A stretch of 60,138 bases of DNA. It comes from Patescibacteria group bacterium. GTDB taxonomy: Bacteria; Patescibacteriota; Minisyncoccia; Moranbacterales; UBA2206. The notes beneath the pieces are model-generated. The model worked only from the letters and a program-made list of their open reading frames with translations. It was not told the DNA's origin and did not search any database. How positions within the stretch are numbered: position 1 is the stretch's first letter; every line of letters begins with the position of its first letter. Location: positions 1-60,138 of the forward strand of contig JAUPKF010000005.1 of the NCBI GenBank assembly GCA_030837625.1. Reading direction: 5' to 3'. This document shows positions 54,392-60,138 of this stretch, piece after piece. A program made the position numbers and the translations under genes.

Positions 54392-56302
54392 TTGGAAAGA
54401 AAAAGCGTCGTTCGAGTTATTTTTTCAAAAATCAGACTGCCGTGGGCTGGACGCGTAGCTCCCATTCGAATGAAAAAAAGAGCGGCTTTTATTATAGTTC
54501 TCTTGGCGGTCGTTTCCGCCAATCTTTATTTCGGTTTGCCCCGTTTGAAAACATTCGCCGGCATCGACGAGCCGCTTTGGTCGTATGGCCGGGTGCCGCA
54601 ACTATGGAAAGCGGTCAAGGAAGGCAAATGGAAAAAAACCGACCTTTGCGACAAACCCGGCGTGACATTGGCGGCAGTTTCCGGCATCGGGCTGATTTTT
54701 TCCGACAATCCCAAGGAGTTGGAAAAATTGCATTACCAACAAAAAACTCCTGAGCAAATCCAAAAAATAACCGATTTGTATTATTATTTGCGTTTGCCGG
54801 TTTTTTTCTTTACTCTGCTAACTCTCCCGATTTTTTATTTTTTGATCAAGAAATTGGCCGGCCGAAAAACCGCCTTGCTTTCTTTGATTTTCATCGGGCT
54901 GTCTCCAGTGCTTCTGGGAATTTCCCTGATGGTCAATACGGATGCAATTTTGCGCGTCCTTTTGCCTTTGAATATATTGAGTTTTTTGGTTTACCAAAAA
55001 GAAAACAACAAAAAATATCTCTACCTAAGCGGCGTTCTTCTGGGGCTGGGCATTATCACTAAATACGTGGTCAATGTTCTCTTCCCTTTCTTTTTACTCC
55101 TGATCTATCTGAAGTATGTTTTTGATGGCAAAACCGAAAAAGATCCGCGGACTTATTTCAAAAAAGCCTTGGCCGATTATGGGATAATGGTTCTGATTTC
55201 CCTAGCGGTCGTGGCCGCGCTGTTTCCCGCCGTTTGGGTCAAGCCCAAAATGCTCCTTAACGCCACCATATTTAGCAAAGCTTTTCACCGGGTTTGGCGG
55301 GAATTTTTCGCGGTAATTCTGGTTTTAGCCGCGGAAACATATCTTTTGAGAAATTGGCTAAGCGCTCCGATTTGCAATTTTCTAAACCGCTACCGCCGTT
55401 TCTTTTCCGGATTTGTTTACGCCGCCGCTTTTTATTTGATCGGTTACGCCCTTTATAACACTTATTCCGGAATGGAACTTTTTGATTTTCAGCCTCTTTT
55501 CAACTTTCCGGGAAATTCCGATTTTGAGAAATCAATGCTTTCATCATTCTATCCCCTGCTTTTCGGTTTGACTCCTTTGGCGGCTTTGTTTTTTATCTTG
55601 ACTTTGCTAGGAAATTTTTGGCAGAAAAAATCCTGGGAAACTTACTGCATTTTCACCCTTTTGTTTTTTATGCTAATTTATTACGCCGGATCTGCTCTAA
55701 ACGGAGTCGGCCCGACTGTCCGCTACCAGATCGTCCTTTATCCGCTAGCCTGCATAATCGCCGCCATCGGCATCGTCCAGGCAATAAATTCAAAATTTCT
55801 CAAAAAATATCTGACGGAATTTAACTTTTATCTCTTGCTAGCTGCGCTTTTTGTCTTTTCGATTTTTTCACTAAAATCCATCCAACCGTTTTACCTTTCT
55901 TACGCGTCTGATTTACTGCCCAAAAAATACGTGCTAAACTTCCGGGACATGGGCGATGGCAGTTGGGAAGCCGCCCAATATCTCAACAACTTGCCTGACG
56001 CCAAAAATTTGTCGATTTGGGCCGATAAGGGAGCCGTTTGCGAATATTTTGTCGGAAAGTGCAATGATAGCCTGAAAGAAAAGGGAGTGAAAAACACCCA
56101 AGTTGATTATTTTATGATTTCGGCTGGCCGCCAAAACAAGTCGCTGGCTTGGGGCGCGGAGAGAAAGGCTGTTTTTTCAGGGGGAATAAAGCCGAAAGAA
56201 ATTTATTTTCCCGACAATCCCGCTGAGTTTCGCCTGAACATCGACAACCGTCCGACTAATTTCATAAAAATTATCAAAGCCTTGTCAGTGATTCCGCAAT
56301 AA
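54392..56302 (+). CDS. GT-C glycosyltransferase, second subfamily (start may be 54470)
   Basis: DEP.W..GRVP, CDKPG, NTD, TKY; multi-TM. Confidence 0.75.
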   Translation: MERKSVVRVIFSKIRLPWAGRVAPIRMKKRAAFIIVLLAVVSANLYFGLPRLKTFAGIDEPLWSYGRVPQLWKAVKEGKWKKTDLCDKPGVTLAAVSGIGLIFSDNPKELEKLHYQQKTPEQIQKITDLYYYLRLPVFFFTLLTLPIFYFLIKKLAGRKTALLSLIFIGLSPVLLGISLMVNTDAILRVLLPLNILSFLVYQKENNKKYLYLSGVLLGLGIITKYVVNVLFPFFLLLIYLKYVFDGKTEKDPRTYFKKALADYGIMVLISLAVVAALFPAVWVKPKMLLNATIFSKAFHRVWREFFAVILVLAAETYLLRNWLSAPICNFLNRYRRFFSGFVYAAAFYLIGYALYNTYSGMELFDFQPLFNFPGNSDFEKSMLSSFYPLLFGLTPLAALFFILTLLGNFWQKKSWETYCIFTLLFFMLIYYAGSALNGVGPTVRYQIVLYPLACIIAAIGIVQAINSKFLKKYLTEFNFYLLLAALFVFSIFSLKSIQPFYLSYASDLLPKKYVLNFRDMGDGSWEAAQYLNNLPDAKNLSIWADKGAVCEYFVGKCNDSLKEKGVKNTQVDYFMISAGRQNKSLAWGAERKAVFSGGIKPKEIYFPDNPAEFRLNIDNRPTNFIKIIKALSVIPQ

Positions 56303-56320
56303 TTTCCTGAATTTTACGCT

Positions 56321-58201
56321 ATGTCCAAAGAAAAAATAGTAACCGTATCAATTTTCGCCATCATAATCGCCTCCAGCTTCTTTTTCGGCTTTTCCCGGCT
56401 CAAAGATTTTTCCGGCGTGGACGAGCCGTATTGGTTTTATGACCGGGTGCCGAAATTTTGGAACGCCGTGGCTGACGGTAAATGGAAAAGCACCCATCTT
56501 TGCGACAAGCCCGGCATAGGGACGGCGATTGTCAGCGGCGCCGGCTTGCCGTTCATCAAGGATGATCCGCGGGATTTCGAAAAATTGCGCTATCGGGAAA
56601 AAACGCCGGAGCAAGTGGAACAAATCCGCCAAATGTATTTTTTCTTGCGTTTGCCGATGTTTCTTTTCACCCTTCTTTCCTTGCCTTTTTTTTACTTTTT
56701 GATTAAAAAGCTTTCCGGAGAAAGCGCGGCGCGTTTTTCCGCCATTTTTATGGGACTTTCTCCCGTGCTTTTGGGCATCTCGTTGATCATCAACACCGAT
56801 TCCGTGCTTTGGATCCTGACCGCCCTTTCCACTCTGAATCTTTTTGTGTTCTTCAAGACTGGTGAAAAAAAATACTTGATTCTTTCCGGCGTCCTCTTGG
56901 GTTTTTCCGTAATTTCCAAATTCGTGGCCAATGTACTGTTCGTCTATTTTTTCCTGCTTTTTCTCTTGGAATATATTTTCTATGCCCATAACTCGACTGA
57001 TATCAAAAAATACCTGAAACAGGCGTCTGTGAATTATCTCACGCTTTTCTCTGTCGCCTTGCTGACAGCCTTCATCTTTTTCCCGGCCGCTTGGGTAAAG
57101 TTTTCTCTTTTGATGAAATACACCTTGGCGCATGAAGTTTTTTCTTCCACCTGGCCGCTTTACGCCGCGGTAGTTGCGATTCTTGGATTGGACGTTTTGG
57201 CTCTCAAGGGATACTTCTCCCAAAAAACATTTGGATTTTTCGTGAAATACAAAAACAGCCTGGCAAAAATCATCGGGGCAATTTTCGTCCTGCTGACATT
57301 GCTGGTTTTTCTTCATGTTTATGCCGGCGCCAATATTTTTGATATCCAGGGACTTATCGCTTCTCCCAAGGGCATCGGCGAGGGAAATATCCTGGTAAAA
57401 TATTCCGGCGCCGTCACTGCCGACCTTTACAGTTTCCTTTTCAGCATTTCCCCGCTGGTTCTTCTCTCCCTTCTATTATCGGTATTTTATGTCCTAAAAA
57501 ACAAAGACTTGAACCGCGACCTGATAACGGTTGTCTACATTATAATCTTCGCCTTAATGTTTTATCTGGGCTCGGCCATAAACGAAGTCACCACAACAGT
57601 CCGCTACCAGATTATGGTTTATCCTCTAGCTTTCATGGCGGCAGCAATCGGACTCAAGCATTTTTTTGAAAGCGAAAAAGTTGCAAAAATCCTGCCCCTT
57701 TGGAGCGGCTATGTTTTTTCCATCATTGTTTTGATTTCGAGTCTTTATTTCATAAAACCCCATTTCCTGGCGTACGCTTCGGAAATTTTGCCCAAAGACA
57801 ATGTCGTCAATTTGAAAGGAATGGGCGAAGGAAGTTTGGAAGCCGCCTACTATCTCAACAGCCTGCCTGGCGCGGGCGAAATGACGATCTGGTCCGACAA
57901 AGGAGCGGTTTGCGAAGCGTTTGTCGGGCGATGTTTCATTGATTTCAAAAGAAAAACTTTCTCGGAAAACGATATCAAATATTTCGTGGTTTCCACCGAC
58001 CGAAAATCCCGCACAGTGAAACTTTCCCAAGGGATAAAAATTGTTGACGAAGAAAAAAAACGGGCCAAAGAGAGTATCGAGGATTTTGTCAATTTCGAAA
58101 ATCTTTACGCCGAAGAAAACCCCAAGTTTGAAGTGATCATCGGCGGAAGAGAGGTTAATTTCGTAAAGGTAATTAAAAAAGAAGATATGTTTAGTAAATA
58201 A
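56321..58201 (+). CDS. GT-C glycosyltransferase, second subfamily
   Basis: DEP.W..DRVP, CDKPG, NTDS, SKF; paralog of the upstream gene. Confidence 0.75.
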   Translation: MSKEKIVTVSIFAIIIASSFFFGFSRLKDFSGVDEPYWFYDRVPKFWNAVADGKWKSTHLCDKPGIGTAIVSGAGLPFIKDDPRDFEKLRYREKTPEQVEQIRQMYFFLRLPMFLFTLLSLPFFYFLIKKLSGESAARFSAIFMGLSPVLLGISLIINTDSVLWILTALSTLNLFVFFKTGEKKYLILSGVLLGFSVISKFVANVLFVYFFLLFLLEYIFYAHNSTDIKKYLKQASVNYLTLFSVALLTAFIFFPAAWVKFSLLMKYTLAHEVFSSTWPLYAAVVAILGLDVLALKGYFSQKTFGFFVKYKNSLAKIIGAIFVLLTLLVFLHVYAGANIFDIQGLIASPKGIGEGNILVKYSGAVTADLYSFLFSISPLVLLSLLLSVFYVLKNKDLNRDLITVVYIIIFALMFYLGSAINEVTTTVRYQIMVYPLAFMAAAIGLKHFFESEKVAKILPLWSGYVFSIIVLISSLYFIKPHFLAYASEILPKDNVVNLKGMGEGSLEAAYYLNSLPGAGEMTIWSDKGAVCEAFVGRCFIDFKRKTFSENDIKYFVVSTDRKSRTVKLSQGIKIVDEEKKRAKESIEDFVNFENLYAEENPKFEVIIGGREVNFVKVIKKEDMFSK

Positions 58202-58205
58202 ATTT

Positions 58206-58655
58206 ATGATGCCGGCGCGCGAATTGGCGATCAAACATTTCAAAAAACTCGTTTCGGAAAAAACCGACAAAGCTTCTTTGCAGTTTTTCCGCTACCTCAT
58301 CGCCGGTGGAACGGCCACTTTGGTCGACTTGGCGGTTCTTTTTGTTTTGTATCACCTGTTGCACATTAATTACTTGGCCGCGGCCGCGCTGGGATTTTTG
58401 TTCGGCGTCATAACCAACTTTACCATAAACATCGCCATCGTTTTTGAGAGCCAGGGAAAAATGAAAAAGGAGTTTCTCCTTTTTGCGGCCGTGGGTTTGG
58501 GCGGGCTTCTTTGGACAGAGCTGATTCTTTGGGTTTTGTCCGGCAAGTTTCACCTGCCTGTTATGGCGGCAAAACTTGTCGCCGTTGTCCTGGTTCTGAA
58601 CTGGAACTTTTTTATGCGCAAAAAATTCGTGTTCGGGAAGCGTTCTTTAAATTAA
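58206..58655 (+). CDS. GtrA family protein
   Basis: QFFRYLIAGG.ATLVD, N..NF..N, four TM, WNF..RK.FVF. Confidence 0.9.
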   Translation: MMPARELAIKHFKKLVSEKTDKASLQFFRYLIAGGTATLVDLAVLFVLYHLLHINYLAAAALGFLFGVITNFTINIAIVFESQGKMKKEFLLFAAVGLGGLLWTELILWVLSGKFHLPVMAAKLVAVVLVLNWNFFMRKKFVFGKRSLN

Positions 58656-58680
58656 AACGAAGAGCTAGTTTTTACTGCCG

Positions 58681-58827
58681 TGTCATTCCGAGCGGAGCGT
58701 AGCGAAGTCGAGGAATCTACTGACAATTATCGCTTAATTTTCTATAAACAGTAAGTTTAACGACTGTCACTATCAGATCCCTCGACTGCGTTCCAATGAT
58801 TACATTGGAACTTCGCTCGGGATGACA
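58681..58827. mobile_element. 147-bp A1 palindromic element
   Basis: TGTCATTCCGAGCGGAGCG...CTTCGCTCGGGATGACA. Confidence 0.85.
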
Positions 58828-58857
58828 CTCTTTGAATATATCGCACAACCAAGTTTC

Positions 58858-59454
58858 TCATTTCATCCAATCTTTAAACCTTCTTCGCAGTTTGGCGATT
58901 TTAGGGGAGATTACGGTTTGGCAGTAGGCGGCTTGGGAATTTTTCTCGAAATATTTTTTGTGATAGCTTTCCGCTTCGTAAAATTTTTCCAGCAGTTTTA
59001 TTTCCGTGACAATCGTATTTTCAAAAATACGCTCCGCTTCCAAGTTGCGGACAAACTTTTCCGCCGCTTCTTTTTGCCAATCATCCTCGAAAAAAATCAC
59101 TGATCGATATTGCGTTCCGACATCCATTCCCTGTCTGTTTGGCGTCGTCGGGTTATGCGTGGCGAAAAAAATATTCAAAATGGTTTCATAAGAAATAAGC
59201 GCCGGATCATACTCAACCTTCACCACTTCCGCGTGCCCGGTCGCGCCACCGGAAACTTCTTCGTAAGTCGGATTTTCTCTCACGCCGCCGGCATAACCCG
59301 GCGTGACGGAAACAATTCCTTTAATTCTTGCAAAAACCGCCTCCGTACACCAAAAACACCCTCCGCCCAAATAGGCGGTTTCTTTAGTGCCAAGCGACTT
59401 TTTTGAATTTTGATGAATAGTTTCCATTGAACCAAACATACTACAATCCTTCAA
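58858..59454 (-). CDS. msrA: peptide methionine sulfoxide reductase A
   Basis: GGGCFWC, GYAGG, GHAEVV, RQG.DVG.QYRS, AE.YH..Y. Confidence 0.96.
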   Translation of the reverse strand: MKDCSMFGSMETIHQNSKKSLGTKETAYLGGGCFWCTEAVFARIKGIVSVTPGYAGGVRENPTYEEVSGGATGHAEVVKVEYDPALISYETILNIFFATHNPTTPNRQGMDVGTQYRSVIFFEDDWQKEAAEKFVRNLEAERIFENTIVTEIKLLEKFYEAESYHKKYFEKNSQAAYCQTVISPKIAKLRRRFKDWMK

Positions 59455-59480
59455 TAAAAAAACTTCCCGTGTTCTATAAA

Positions 59481-59506
59481 ATAGAGGCTTCTATAGAAGC
59501 CTCTAT
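59481..59506. repeat. 26-bp perfect palindrome
   Basis: ATAGAGGCTTCTATAGAAGCCTCTAT. Confidence 0.7.
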
Positions 59507-59537
59507 GGTACGTACCAAAATATGCGACACTGCAAAA

Positions 59538-59756
59538 CTACTTCCGTCGAAAATCATTCTCGGTCAAGTTGGATTGGCGTAAAATAGATCTGAAAGTTCC
59601 GAAAGGAATTTCTCTTTTGCCGGCTGGAACAATTACGGTCAGAGTCGGGCTGCCGGTTTTTCTGTATTTCGTGTGACTGCCTTTCTGGGAAACAAAAACA
59701 AAGCCCTGTTTTTCAAGGACTTTGATGATATTTGAAGAGGAATAGAGTTTAGGCAT
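59538..59756 (-). CDS. hicA: HicA-family toxin
   Basis: L...GF..VSQKGSH.KY, V.VP, GT.RSIL.Q. Confidence 0.9.
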   Translation of the reverse strand: MPKLYSSSNIIKVLEKQGFVFVSQKGSHTKYRKTGSPTLTVIVPAGKREIPFGTFRSILRQSNLTENDFRRK

Positions 59757-59967
59757 GACAGATCGACATTCTGATAAGTTCCGGCCGCTCGATTTTCGTC
59801 ACTTTCGGAACCTTGATGTCTTCGAAATACAACTCCAGGGCTTCATCTAGCGCCGCCAACGCTTCTTTTCTGTTCTTTCCGAAACTGGAAACATCCACAT
59901 TCAAACACTGGGCAACATAGTATTTACCCTCTTTCCAGACCACGTTTTTTAGATCGATTTTACGCAT
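59749..59967 (-). CDS. hicB: short HicB-family antitoxin
   Basis: EG.YYVA.C..VDV.SFG....EAL..L.EAL.LY. Confidence 0.88.
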   Translation of the reverse strand: MRKIDLKNVVWKEGKYYVAQCLNVDVSSFGKNRKEALAALDEALELYFEDIKVPKVTKIERPELIRMSICHA

Positions 59968-60095
59968 AAGTTGTTACTTTTCTGTACTGTAATACTGTCA
60001 CAAGAAGCTAAATATGTCAAATCGAACGTAATAGCCCAATAGCTTGGAAACGTTTTCCGGTGTAGAATAACCGGTTAAAACTAACGTTTCCAAAT

Positions 60096-60138
60096 ATGTA
60101 TACAACCAACCCTCAAATGCCAAGACTGCGAGCCAAAG
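60096..60138 (+). CDS. 5' fragment of a possible IS-type transposase gene (runs off the window)
   Basis: MYTTNPQMPRLRAK resembles N-termini I recall for HTH/integrase-core transposases; only 14 codons visible. Confidence 0.3.
   Translation, partial: MYTTNPQMPRLRAK

Noticed and set aside
215-60138. Alternative genetic code (TGA = Gly/Trp)
   Set aside because: Genes such as cysS end at TGA at their expected C-termini, and long ORFs are intact under code 11.
1-60138. tRNA, rRNA or riboswitch genes
   Set aside because: I recognised no cloverleaf/TTCGA arm or known aptamer by eye in the intergenic regions; the 3506-3566 stem was considered as a riboswitch but fits a terminator. An Infernal scan would be decisive.

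Overview
This is a gene-dense bacterial chromosome segment, most likely from a Patescibacteria/CPR (Parcubacteria-like) organism. That placement is an inference from the SD-poor AT-rich leaders, archaeal-type pyrH and CPR-typical small membrane proteins. Genetic code 11 fits. Positions 1-27.4 kb are mostly housekeeping genes: cysS, corA, yidD, ispG, obgE, groES, fmt, def, priA, thpR, gltX, rrf2-iscS-iscU, a PD-(D/E)XK nuclease, pyrH, rpmA, pyrG, rplI and an S41 protease. Positions 27.4-58.7 kb form a ~31 kb cell-surface glycan locus with GT2/GT4 enzymes, an LCP protein, an O-antigen-ligase-like protein, a Wzx flippase, GtrA, five or six GT-C proteins, a beta-helix protein and a metallophosphoesterase. 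The window ends with msrA, hicBA and a possible IS start. Four observations stand out. (1) A divergent RtcB-family protein sits co-oriented with a thymidylate-kinase-like gene between a GT4 and the flippase; it keeps the metal ligands and catalytic His but appears to have lost guanine/phosphate-contacting residues, so it may be a repurposed glycan or phosphodiester enzyme. (2) A tandemly duplicated 'small membrane protein + GspG-like pilin' cassette lies inside the glycan locus, with a hypervariable pilin core. (3) Several families of palindromic MITE/REP-like and heptamer-hairpin elements are present, many inserted in frame in about nine protein genes and sometimes nested in each other. (4) A TrpR-like gene is bracketed by 24-bp inverted repeats, and several SD-bearing micro-islets carry their own terminators. 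I found no tRNA, rRNA or CRISPR array. All family calls come from motif recognition by eye; no database search was run.
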